A DNA stretch of 64,000 nucleotides. Source: Zygnema circumcarinatum SAG 698-1b (lineage: Eukaryota > Plantae > Zygnematophyceae). Location of the stretch: contig CM074807.1 of NCBI GenBank assembly GCA_037447605.1, positions 2,490,327 to 2,554,326 of the forward strand. The letters are read 5' to 3'. The notes under the pieces were generated by a model. That model made no database searches. It saw only the letters and a list, made by a program, of their open reading frames with translations, and was not told the DNA's origin. Position numbers and translations under genes: made by a program. Of this stretch, positions 25,043 to 39,000 are shown in pieces (the stretch's first letter is position 1; each line of letters begins with the position of its first letter).

Positions 25043-28000
25043 TCATCTTCCGTCCCTCTTCACATAGTTGTCCGCTGCTGTAGCCACAGATGGAATGCTC
25101 ACGCGTACACCAGGGCCCATCTGCAAATGAAACAAACTGAATTCAGACTTGGAACATTAACTTTCGACGTCCACCTTCCAGGTGGAAATATTTGCACAGG
25201 GAACGTGGAAGACAGACAGGGAAACACTTGGGATTTTGCAAGGCCGACTCTTTCCGCAGACACGAAATATCACACAGAGAATGTAACGAGCATCGAAAGA
25301 CATTGCACCGTGCTTTGTGGGAGACTGCTTGATTCACAAGCGCCACATGCGAAAAAATTACTTACGGTGGATGAAAGAGAGAAGCTGTTGAAATAACCAG
25401 TAAACTTAGAGCCTGCAAGGCACTCACAATAGAGGGTGCAAATTGTCAGCTCATTTGCCTTATGCAACTACGAGCAGGTCGCCCATCCTAGACTGCAGGA
25501 TGCATCTACAGTCAGACAGCCATAGCAAGAAAGCTTACTCTTCTTGAAGCCGACAGGCTTGGCTGCGAGCAGGGCTGCTGCAAAAGCTGCAATGTTGTCC
25601 TCGAGCTCCTCCTCACCGAAACTCACCTGCCCAACACTAGCAGGTAGGTTGTGAGTAAGGTTCGCTCAGCATGGAAATGCAACGACGCATTTTAAGGACA
25701 CTGATAAAATTTTAACGCATTCAAGACATGACATGTAAGCTAAACTGTAAGAAAACTTTACGCATTCAATACATCGCACAGTTGGCATGCATCCAAACAT
25801 CCGTGGTGGTTTTAATGCATTGACATCCAATGCCCTTCGCATCCATCTAAATGCATTCCAGATGTCTGGAATACATTAAAAAGGGATGCGAAAGGCTTAG
25901 AATTTCGAAATGGATTCAGATTGCTCTCACCTTGCCCAAACCTGCATGGACAATTGCAGACTTGTCTGCCCGAAAATCCACTCGACCTCTTTTAGCGGCC
26001 TTTACAGCATCGCCCACTGCATTAGTAACTGTACCGACCTGCAAATAATCACCAAAAATGACTTGTCAGTGGTGCCCTGTGCTCTAAAACCTCAACAACG
26101 GAGAGGGCATACAAAAACCAGATCCCCCTGAAGGACACGCATTGGAAAGGCGGCATTTCAGTCCAGCGAAAAGAGTAGGGGAAAGTAAAGCAAAGTTTAA
26201 GAAGGACCTTAGGGTTGGGCATAAGTCCTCGTGGACCAAGGATTCTTGCCACCTGTAATCATCCAAAGTCCGAGGCAATTGTCAGAGACACAATGTGATG
26301 ACCAAGATTCTATCACCCCTCAGCCTACATTGCCTAGCCATGAATAGCCTCTTCCCTAGAGACGGGACGAGCACAGTCCAATAGTTCGCGTGCAATGGCA
26401 CAAATCACAAGAAAAACTTGTTTCGACAAGGTCGGCATGTCCTCACCTGGCCTAGCTTAGGCATCATTGCAGGCGTTGCAATGCATTTATCAAAATCAAG
26501 TTTCCCTCCACCTGCATTTTGACGCAGCAAAGGATGCCCGCAGCATGAGTCCACTAAGGCCATGTCCACAAATGCAGTAGACATGCGGCACAGCAGCAGT
26601 ACTGACGAAGTCTAGGGCTTTCATTTCTCTGCTCCTGAGCCCAACTACGGAGCGATACGTGCAGAACACCTTCCTTTACACACTATCACTTCAAGCAACA
26701 GACCAGTTGAAGAGTCTCTATCTGCTTCCTTAAAGCACATTTCCCATCCATTCATTCTGCTTCAAAGTTCACAGCCCTCCTCGGTGAGCTATCCAAACTT
26801 TCATCTAACATACTTCCAAGCCTCATCAAACGATTTCTGACATGCAGATGTGATTTCTTCTCCACATGATTTGGCCATGGAGAAGCATCACTCACTCTCC
26901 TTAATGCGTGCCACAAGGTCGTCTGCCCCAACAACGTCAGCCCCCGCAGCCTCTGCTTCCAGGGCTGCAGGCCCTTCTGCGAACACAGCTACGCGGACTG
27001 TCTATGGCAAACCAAACCCCCAAACCCCCGCCTCACAACTACCAGATTACAACCTGCCAGGCATCAAAAGCAGCTCATTCAGCAGCATTCCATACGACGC
27101 TGAACTCCAACGCATAGTTTTCTTTTGAACAGAATCACTTTTAACAGACTTTCCACGATGGGAGCTCTTACATTCGAGCCCTAATCAAGCACTACAAACT
27201 AGAAACATGATAAACACAGATGCCAACTACAAGCACATAACTCAGTAGATGTGCATGTAAAAGGTTAATTCCTTGAACGCGTTTCATCGACAACAATACT
27301 TTATACCATCATTTTCTGAGTGTTCCCCTTGACCGTTATATCACTCTCAACTAAACTTATCGCGCAAAAATGGGAAGATGACTTCCACCGCCAAGTCAAC
27401 CAAAGAAACATTTGAACTGACCTTCCCAGTGCCACGAGGGAGAGTCGCCGCCCCTCTGACCATCTGGGTACCAACCCATCCAGCAAAAACATGTTGGCTT
27501 ATGTACGCAATGCTCCCCTTCTCCATTTTTAAACGCGATGCAGAGTGATTGGCATATTTCAAACTCGATGACATTTCTTGACCCAACTCAATCCAATCTG
27601 AAAGCCTATGAACGAAGAAAAAATGCTGTCAATAAAACAGCTTTACATGCACTTGAATGAAACTAGTGTTTAATGATGGCCGGTTATGCACAGTGGAAGA
27701 AAGAGCAAAGGAAACTATTTCTCATGAGCTGATTATGATGATGGATTCGATCCAGGGACCTCAGCCCCAATATGCACAAAAAAATCTGTGGATGATATGT
27801 ACGAGAGTCTAGCCTGCAAGATTCAAAGACAGTGTGTGCAGCGACATACAATGCCCATGTTCCATTTTCTCTGGGAGTGGAAAACGGCTTTCAGGCACAA
27901 ATGGAAAAGTCTCCATACCTGATCACTGCGCCGCGGATCTATGCCCAGTCGAACATGAGCCTCAACTGTTTCGTCAAATTTGGCCCGAGCATTTCTCTGT

Positions 28001-30188
28001 GATTTTAAACAAACCCCTCCAACTAGTTAGTGTTTCGCTACCTCGTGACATTTGGACTCCTCAGCCGACGCAACTATTAGGTGCGTATAAAGAACAAGTG
28101 TGACGGCCGGAGTATGTAGATGTGGCATTAACCGTGAACGGTCCAAATTCCAAAGCAAAGCTGTTTTTTCATGTGATAATAGCAAAATACTGACCAGCGA
28201 GGCATGCAGTATTCCATTGAAAGTCAGGGCCTCATGTTTCTTTTTTCAAGAAAGGAAAAAACAGATGCTTGTCTTGCAACTGGCTACGTTTCCAACACTT
28301 CATGACAGCTGAATCAGTTTCCATTCAGGACAAAGCAAATTTAAATCTCAACGTCGAATGTCTTCAAATTGCCGCAGAGGTTGGGGAAATTCTGAGAAAA
28401 ACAACAATATCCATCATAATCATACAATAACCATCACCATCACCATCACCATCACCATCACCATCACCATCACCATCACCATCACCATCACCATCACCAT
28501 CACCATCACCATCACCGTCACCGTCACCATCATCAGCACCAACCACCACCCACCAGCTATAACCATAGCCATAACTACAACCATAAACCATGACCGCGAC
28601 CATGTTCATAAACCATAACCATAGCCATAACCTAATCCTAAACCCTATTCAGAAGCATAACCATGACTATAGCCATAACTATGACCTTAGCCATAACTAT
28701 TAACCATAACCATAACCACAACCCTCACCCTATCCCTAGCCCTAACCCTAACCCTCACCCTAACCCTAACCCTAACCCTCACCCTAACCCTAACCCTAAC
28801 CCTAACCCTAACCCTAACCCTAACCCTAACCCTAACCCTAACCCTAACCCTAACATTAGCAATACCCTATTCATAACCATGGCCATAGCCAAAACCATAA
28901 CCATAACTTCGGTGCTTAATGGAAGGTTGGGAGAGACGCCAAACAACGATTCAAACTTTAAGTTTCAAACAAGGATTTTTGGACATATCAGAAATAAGCC
29001 GAGTCGGTTGAGTTGAGAACAGCCATGCAAATACCTCACAGGAGTATTGATGTCCATGTTTTGAGCATGAAGTCAGGAGTATCTTGAATGAATGATGTTG
29101 AAACCTTATATTTCAACGTATAATATTCCATAGAAAAGTTACTTTTTCCGCAGGGAGGACTTATGTCTGGTACTAGCAATGCAAGCCGTGAAGGGCATAG
29201 TAAAAGGACAACAAAAAACGACAATTTCAAATGAACGCTATGGATTAAACGAAGACCATGCGAACATTTATCGTGGCTATGGAAAGGCAAATTGTTCCAC
29301 TCAAATAACCTCTGGGGCTGCATTGATCCTTTAACCCTGCTGCATATGTACGAAAATAACCATGCGTTGATCAAGGCCCTCTCTTTTTTACAGAAAAAGA
29401 AAGTCGTGATGCGACAAGTGTGAGTCATGCTGCAAGCGACCTATCGGAAACAAACTTGCAAACTTTGATTCCGGGAGCTCATCGTTGTTTTTATATATTT
29501 CCAGGAGCATACCGCATTATCCAACCTACTGTACGATGAATTGCAAACAGGTCAACCTCTCTGGACTTGATCACAGCCAATTATCTGCAGTATGCCAATC
29601 CAGGGCGCGCCGTAGCTCACCTTCACTAGCTTGATTGCCTCAGCAAGTCCTAGAACGACTCTTTTCTCAGCTCCCTTCTCCTGAGAGCTGATAAAGTGTG
29701 GCATGGGCACGCCACCACCATCCTGCCCTCTATTGAGAGGTTCAGATGCCAGGAGACTCTCATCCTGTGTTCCAGGAACGATGTCTTCCGGCAAAGGCGC
29801 AACTCGGGGCGACCTGGCGTCCACAGGCGCAGCTGAAGAAGCTGCGGGGATGCCGTCAACTCCATCCTCCGTCACAGATGACTCTAATCCGTCAGAAACA
29901 GCAATTGAAGCGAGACCGCGCGCCTGCGCAGGCGACCAACAAGAATTCCCAAAATTCCGGCCAAGTTACATTTCCTTCCACGGCCCATTCAGCGTCGCAG
30001 CAAGTTGTGCTACGTCCCAGCAAAGAAAAGCTTACATTGAACTCTTCATGCAAGCGCAGCAGCGCGCGCGAAAGGTCGCTCGTGAGTAATCCAGCGCTGC
30101 ATGCAGCTCCCGCTTTGCTTGATAATTGCGTGCAGCGGCGAGCGAATCCCGTAGAAAGCCTCGCAAGCCCTGAAGCTTGCCCCGCCAT
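25043..30188 (-). CDS. uL1m: Mitochondrial-type ribosomal protein uL1 (nuclear-encoded)
   Basis: An Arg-rich presequence ([18 protein letters not shown]..) precedes exons [26 protein letters not shown]|[14 protein letters not shown]|[10 protein letters not shown]..|[13 protein letters not shown]..|[15 protein letters not shown]|VGTVT..|..|[15 protein letters not shown]|[12 protein letters not shown]. The C-terminus resembles the plant mitochondrial paralogue. Confidence 0.9.
28420..28912. repeat. Compound hexamer microsatellite: (ACCATC)14, degenerate (ACCATA/GCCATA)n, then 19 CCCTAA-phase units (12 perfect in a row at 28782-28853), then (ACCATA)n
   Basis: Directly visible; lies in intron 2 of the uL1m gene. 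Confidence 0.95.
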
Positions 30189-30553
30189 GGCCACTCTCAC
30201 TTCCTCCTCTCTCCTCTCTGCTCAGTGCGTCAGCAGAGCGAGCTGGTGCCCGGAAGCTTCGACGAAACGCGTTTTCAGTACCCTTGTCGACGCCGAGGGT
30301 CAAGATTATTGGGCTAGCGACGCGGTTTCATCTCCAAGGACATAACGGACAGTTGTAGCGCATCCAGAGGACGTTAGGGAAGAAATGTACTGACCTTCAA
30401 GGACGTTTCGGCTTTCGAGAACTGTCTCGTACACCTACCGGTTGGCCAAGACCGTACAGCCGTCCGATCGCAACCGCATTTGGCCGAGGCGCTGTGAGCG
30501 CCGTCGGATGCGGGCCCGTGTCAACCGTGGAACGCCTCAGGCCGGCAGAGGAG

Positions 30554-30561
30554 CTATATAG
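30554..30561 (+). promoter_or_regulatory. Candidate TATA box of the polyubiquitin gene
   Basis: CTATATAG about 125 bp upstream of the ATG. A weak heat-shock-element-like TTCgaGAActGTC lies at 30414-30426. Confidence 0.4.
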
Positions 30562-30652
30562 CGGAAGAGGGTGGACAGGTGAGGCAGTTGCAGAGAGTTT
30601 TCTTGCGAACATTCCCCTTCGGAGCAGTGCAGCTCGTCCTTTGAGGTTCTGA

Positions 30653-32056
<1,404 letters not shown>

Positions 32057-33375
32057 AGTGATGTCAGTGATAGTGGGAGTACATTGCGCATTCTGTAAAT
32101 GACCCTGTCTCATCTGTATTTTTCATCTGTATTAAAATGAGCAATCGTCCTGTGTACTTCTCAGTGCCCATTTGGTGCTTGTATTGCGCTTAGCTTCGTC
32201 TGAACTCTGATTATTGTCTGTCATAATATTTTTTGTGCGGATTTGATTGGAAACGTTGGATGTCTTATGTTATTTGTGATTTGATTAGGAACCATTTGAT
32301 ATTCTACATGTGCAAGTAAATTATTTTCGGATTTTTGTTTAGAATGCTGAACTTTTTTGGCTTACGCTTTCAGAAAGATGTTTGCCCTGAACGGCGGACA
32401 GTTGTCATTCTGCTGTCAAGAGTTTCTCTTGTAAACAGCCTTTGCTTACGCCAATGTCGTTGCATTGGCCTATGGAACATTGAAGCTTTAATAAATATCT
32501 CCATGGTTTCACTGGATTTGTTGAATATTTCGTGCGAGAAATTGACTCAACAGGCCTGAGCATTGTAGACCAGCTCGTCTCTGGTTCAGAAAATATGCGA
32601 GGAAATGATTAAGCTCTTGTAAATTGAAGAGTTGCTACAAGACATTGAAATATTGGGACAAAGTTCCCAAACCACTCAAATGCATATTGTCGATTCTCTT
32701 AGAGGGAATTGTGGAGCTTCTGCCATTAAACGTAGGCCGGAAATCAACGTAAAAATGCGCCAACATGTCTCGAACACATAAAATCACATCAAAGGAAGAC
32801 TATATGTGGTCTCGCTTTGCTTGTCACGTATGTGATTCAGTCTGTGATTCAGTCTGTGCAGATTTGCTCTCATCAGGCCTCTATCTCTAACACGAGTGCC
32901 AGATGAAGGAGTTTAACAGGCCAAAAACTGCTTCGGAAAAGTTTTTTTCCTCCCTGTGAAGTGCAAATTTGTGAGTACAGCATTGGTGCACACGGGTAAA
33001 CCGGCGGAATTCAACTTGTCTTTTACCCAAGTTTGCACATCAGATCATGTCAAGGCAGTTCTCCAGAGCTCCAGCCAACTATTACTCCGCTTTGTTCCAT
33101 TGGTCTGCTGGGCTGCGCTTGACCAAGATTCCCACGCAATCGTTGCAGCAGGTGACATAGGACGTGGCAATTCACAGAGATGCAGAGATGGCTGCTGGAA
33201 CAGAGTCAAGAGATACAGTCAACACGCGCATCAACAAGATACAAGGGTGAGTGTACACAGGTGTTGGGCAGGACAACAAGCACTTGTACTTAAGGCCGGA
33301 ACATGCTACAGGCTCAGTCTGCCGATGACTGCTTCACAATCTTCCAAACCAGCCTCTTGCTGCTGCTAAGCACAC

Positions 33376-35736
33376 TTAGAAGAGAGATGTGCTCTTGCCC
33401 TTCTTGTCTCCACCGATTTCGAAGTGCTTGCAACGCTGCATAAGTCATAAAAGAAGACAGTTCAGTTATAGCAGCCAGTATTGCACGCAAACCAGACCAA
33501 GCCATAGACTTGACGAGGACAGGAGTGCTTAAGACCCAATAGAGCTGACTCCAAGCCAGAATTAAAACCACATACAACTACAAACAGTACTTTCCTTAAA
33601 CAAAAAATCTGCTCAAAGAACTGATATTCTGAAGCAAGAACTCACAAAAGGCATCGGCAATGTATAACTGCAGTAAGTGCATGTGCATATGCGTGTGTCC
33701 CGCCCCTACTGCCCGCTGCCAGCCTCTTTGCTCCTAAGTATCCTGAATACTGCTGCATGTGCCATTCTCTAATTCATAATCCAATGTTGTCACACTCTGA
33801 AACACATGAGCAGGCTAGTGTTCCTTCTGAAGTTGGTGACGGGGAAATTACCTTGATTGGATGTTGGTGCACGTGCTTGCAGGTCTGACATTGCAGTCTC
33901 AGCACAATCTTCTTCGTTGTCTTAGCCTGTAAGCTCCAACCCACGGACATACGTCGTAACGTGTCAACACATGCTAGCGATAACATCTCATATCCAATCT
34001 AAGCCAGAGATTACAGACTCCATAGCTCCATAGACTCGGAAGCTCTCGACTGCTTGAAAACATGTTCAACAAATCCTACGACACATACTCTGACAGAAAA
34101 TGACTCTGACAGAAGGCTGAGGTGCAGCTAAGGAACAACTAAACCTCTGACTTGAGGAAGACTCCGTGGAAGTGTCAACCTACCTTTTTGTGAAAGACGG
34201 GCTTTGTCTGTCCTCCGAACCCTGACTGCTTCCGGTCATATCGCCGCTTCCCTGCAACAAGAAGAATGAACTGACATGAGGCGTGCAGGACCCAAGAAAA
34301 ACAGCCCTTGTCACTAATAGACACAGGGCAAAAGCACGTAAATAGGAAATGCATCAAAGTCTACATTGGTATTGCAGGGATGGGCCAATAGCCCCATCAG
34401 TGGATCAATGGGTTCAAATGAAGAAAGCTCACCCTGGACATAAAGGCTATCCTTTCCCTTCTTGTATTGTGTCACCTTATGCAGAGTGTGCTTCTTGCAG
34501 TCCTTCCCCCTGCAGAAAGTTTTCTTTGTCTTCGGCACGTTCACCTGGAAGGAAACCGGAAGACAAACAAGAATAAAATGCAGAACAGGTGAAAAAGGGA
34601 GAAGAGGGGAGATGGAAAGAGAGAAAGAGAGAGAGAACTAGAGAAAAGCGAGAGAACAAGGGAGTGGGGGAAAAGCGGACGAGCTATATTCCAAAAAAAA
34701 ATATTTCAAGTCAAATTTCAAAGCCAAGATGAAAGTCCACACGACAAGTTCAAATTCCCATCCTGAACGCCAATGTTCCAGCCACCAATGGGGTCATATT
34801 CAAACAGCAATCGCCACCTCCACATGCAGGAGGAACCTGATATTGAATGTAGCTCGTAATATAGCAACGCCCCGACTAGCGGGGTGCTGTAGACTTCACA
34901 AAAAGCACCAATCCCTCGCGCAATCGCTCTTTTACTTCTAAATATCATATTCAAAACTTTGAAATAAAAGGGATGAAATCAAGTTGATTTAGACAGCCGC
35001 TCTAACTCCTTCAATATGCCATGACATAACGATCAGGTGTGCACCTAAGGAAGTCAGACGGAGAAAATCCTCGACTAATTTCTTTCGAAATATTGTAGAG
35101 GCATGAGCTTCCCAAAAAAACATCAGTTTCGGCGGATTCCACATTGGGTCTTGAAACAGCAGAAACAGCATCAGGAATTTATGGGTCCGTTCAGGAGGTT
35201 CTAAAAGAATGTGAGTTCCGTAATCTAGACAGCCTTCAGCCATCTGTCGCCAAATCTTCAAAGTTGTGAATTCTACCATCCGTCTGAACAGGCATAGGGG
35301 CGACGTCTCGACATATCAGACTTGACGCGTAATGACAAAGGTAGACATAGTTCGCCGAGCGGTCGTCGCCTTTGCGGCTTTACACATCCGTCCAGAAACT
35401 ACGAGACCGGTACTACCGTTCACCAACACCTATCAGCTCCACTCGTATGACTATTATCTCCATCAGTACGCTACTTATAAGGCGAAGCTCTGCCTCTCCA
35501 TTCCCAGCCATTCCCGAGTGCAAAACGCTAGCATCAACATCACACCAGCAGCCCAAGAAACCTCCCCAGCCGTCCAGTTTTTTGCTTCACCAGTCATGCC
35601 TGCAAATCCGTCGCCTCAACTCCACGCAACCCTAAAAAACACCTTTGAACAGCAAAAGCCTCCACCAGAACCTGAATCGTCTCACACAGGGAGAGATAGA
35701 GGAGAAGCAACGGAGCCAGGAAGGAGCACCCACCAT
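33376..35736 (-). CDS. RPL36a: 60S ribosomal protein L36a/L44 (eL42), 5 coding exons
   Basis: ATG|GTGGGT at 35736 (context GCCGCCATG) is spliced across a 1.19-kb intron to [30 protein letters not shown]..|[22 protein letters not shown]|[13 protein letters not shown]..|[22 protein letters not shown]. The location of the ATG-only exon is inferred. Confidence 0.92.
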
Positions 35737-36059
35737 GGCGGCGATCCTGGAAGCAGCGCCGGGCAGCGCAACAGAGAGGGAGAGAGCTTCCTCCGCGCCG
35801 CTGCTCGCCCTAAATGGAACCAAGGGGGTTCAGCCGGGATCAACGGGGAGAGTGGAACTTGGGGGTCCACCAAAATCCAGCGGAGATTCCGGGCAAGGTA
35901 GATCGCAAGATCAACCAGCCGCGGATTTGTCGCTAATGAGTGACATGGACGTTGGTACTGGCCACTGGAGGACGTGGTCGGTTGGAAACGGACACTTCCG
36001 GGACGCCCTTGGGCGCCTCTGAGTGCAGGCTGGCTCGTCGGGCACTCCCCCTTCTGTGA

Positions 36060-39000
36060 ATGGGCCCTGCAGAGAGCAGCATTTCTTCTCCAGGGAGGAG
36101 GCGGAGGAGGCGCAGGATGCGGTGGGGTTGCCACGTGGCAGCTGTCACGGCCTTCTTTCTGGCGGTATGGCCGGCTGCAAATCCAGGCTCCCTGCCTGAC
36201 ACCTGTCTGTCGGACATGGAAGGAGCGTGGAGCTATGGAGAGGAGGAGGAGGTGGCATGGAGGAGTGGTGAAAGATGCAGGCAAGCCATGGGAGGGGAGG
36301 GAGGCTGCACTTCAGAAAACGTTTCAACGCTTTCTGGTCAGCAGTTTTTGCAAGCTGGCGGAATGTTGCAAGGAAAAGTTGCATTACAGGAAATGCAGTC
36401 GGGAAGTGGGGAGGCTGGAACGTCTGAAATTAAGGGGAAGAAAGCAGGAGATTTGGATGGAGGAAGGAGGGAGGAGGATGAGGGCGGTTCGAAAGAGGGG
36501 AGGGGTGACAAATTGAAGAAGGAGCATCAGCAAGGAGAAAAGCTGGTTCGGCAGGAGGTTGAGAGTGAGTGGATTGTGAGGTTTCGAGAATACAGAAATG
36601 CAGGGCAACATTTTGAGGCCCTGGTTGCTCATTTAGGGCAGCCTGAAGCTGGCTCATGGGGGTGGGTGGAGAGACGGAACCCTGCCGTCGCCTATCCAAC
36701 GGACTTTGGGGTGGTTACATTTGCAAAGGCAGTTGAAGAAAGTCTCAAGCAGCAATTAATGAAACTTCCATCTGTGAAGGATCTTCACCCACAAATGAAG
36801 TTTACGCGAATTCTTATGGTTGCCGACGATGTTAAACACGAAATGGCAGACGGGAAAGGAACTGAGGGGACGCAGAGCAGGCATAAAAGCCCTGGAAATT
36901 GTGAGGGAAAAGCCGGATCAAAACAGGGAAGTACCGCAGACGGTGGAACCGTTGGAAAGAGGAAGCGGGCTGGCGAGAGAAGTGGACTTGGAAAGGCACG
37001 AGGAAGGTTGCACACACGCCTGTCGTGGGGGACTAGCTCAAGCGAATGCGAGGGCTCTGAAACATCACAGTCGGAGGAGTTAAAGGCTCCCTATTGGGGA
37101 AACATTTCACTTGCGGAAAGTGAACGTAGAAGACTGCTTCAGGTGACAGCTATGTGTTCTGGGTCGTGGGGAGGCAACACCTTTAGAGCTCTTTGTCGTT
37201 GCTGCGTTTAGAGTACATTGCTGCTCTCTTCTATGCATAAATTGCTAACATATTAACGAACGCAACAATGGTAAAGGAGAATAACCACCCGCAATGGCTT
37301 AGAAAGAGCCTCGCTCGGCTGGTATGTGAGGGGAGCAGGTATCCAAGTCGCAGATCACGGCTCTCTTTGAGGCAGAGAAACTTTGGGCGAGAGGATTTTC
37401 AGGAGCTGGCGTGCGTATGGCTGTGTTTGACACGGGTGTGCGGCAAGATCATCCTCATTTCCGCAATATAAAGGTATGCTTTCTAAGTCAATTTTGGACA
37501 TGTTAAGCGTTTTCTGAGTGACAAAAAGTAAGTCCCATAAATTAAATCCATCACGTAACAATTGAGAATTCCACAGTTTTTACAAACATTTTTAGGCTGA
37601 CGGAGGTTGACCTGGCTTTATGGAAGAGTCTCGTGCTTTAAGTCTATGGACAGTGGCCAGTCCAAGCCCGATTCACATTGGGCTTGACTGAGCTTGTGGA
37701 AATCTGCCAAGAATGACTCAGAGGGCATAGAGGGCCGGAATGCTGAACTTGAACATGGCGAAAGCAGGCGTAAGAGGCATGGGGCTCATGATCTGAGTCC
37801 CGAATGGTAGCAACGTTGCATATTTGGGAAGCTGCATTTCTATCATCAAAACAGACCTATATGGCTCATCGAGTTGGGAGGAATGACTAGAAATAGTTGA
37901 CACAGCTCGGCATTAGCCCACCCACACACTAGTGCTTAAAAGGAAGACGATGAAAGACTTTGCATCAAACGGTATCAGGTGTGAAACCTTTCTGAAGTGC
38001 ACTAAATGACGTTTACAGGCCGGCAATGATGATAATCAGATTTTTTTGAGGTTGCACGAGAGCAGTTGCATTTTAGCGCCCCAAGTCTCTGTCGTGTTGT
38101 TTCACCGTGACGTGGAGAAGCATGCAAATTATATCTGGAAGGACTTAAGGGAATGTTACGCATCAATGCGTTCCTTGCTATGTCATGCATAATGCTGTCT
38201 GTCGATTGGCACGCGGAATTCAATAAATGTTCAGGTATCGAGTGAAATCATACCAATTAGTTCTGAAGATGGTGGTAATTGTTACAGACTTATCTAAGGA
38301 GAAGGAATAGTGATGACAGTAACAGCGTGACAGCGATTGCCTCCCTTGTTTCATGCATGGATGGTTGGCTCACCCCTTGACGTGTTTGCTGGACTGGGGA
38401 CGTGCAGGAGCGCACCAATTGGACCAATGAGGATACTCTCAATGACAGTTTGGGCCATGGCACCTTTGTTGCAGGAGTAATTGCCGGCCAAGACTCGCAG
38501 TGCCGGGGTTTTGCACCTGACGCTGAAATATATGCTTTTCGAGTGTTTACAAATGCACAGGTGCTGCAGGTTCTTGGAAGCTGCTCTTGAAGGCAATGGA
38601 GCTTTTGACCTTTCGCCGCATTTCAATTGCTGGCGAGTTTCCAACTGAGGGTGTTGGTGGTGAGCAGGTATCATACACATCATGGTTTTTGGATGCATTC
38701 AACTATGCTATGGCGACACGAATGCACGTGCTCAATCTAAGCATTGGTGGTCCTGACTACTTGGACCGGCCATTTGTCGAGAAGGTCCTAATCGCAACCT
38801 TTTCATCCTTTTCATCTTTCATCTTGTGTAGCGTGCCCATCTCTACCACCGATGGGCAGAGGATGCTATTATTTCCACGAATGGACTATTGTCCCATAAG
38901 GCTAGGCTTCTGTTTAGCCGTAAACTTGCTTTACAAACGTTGAGGTGCCCATGTTGTGGACAGTGGTGTCAGGGCGGCAGGTTTGGGAGTTAACGGCTAA

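Noticed and set aside
34989-35279. ORF in RPL36a intron 1 with faint resemblance to a LINE ORF2 C-terminus ([14 protein letters not shown])
   Set aside because: Too few conserved residues (no CCHC) and no poly(A) tail or TSD. No box C/D snoRNA motif pair was seen in this intron either.
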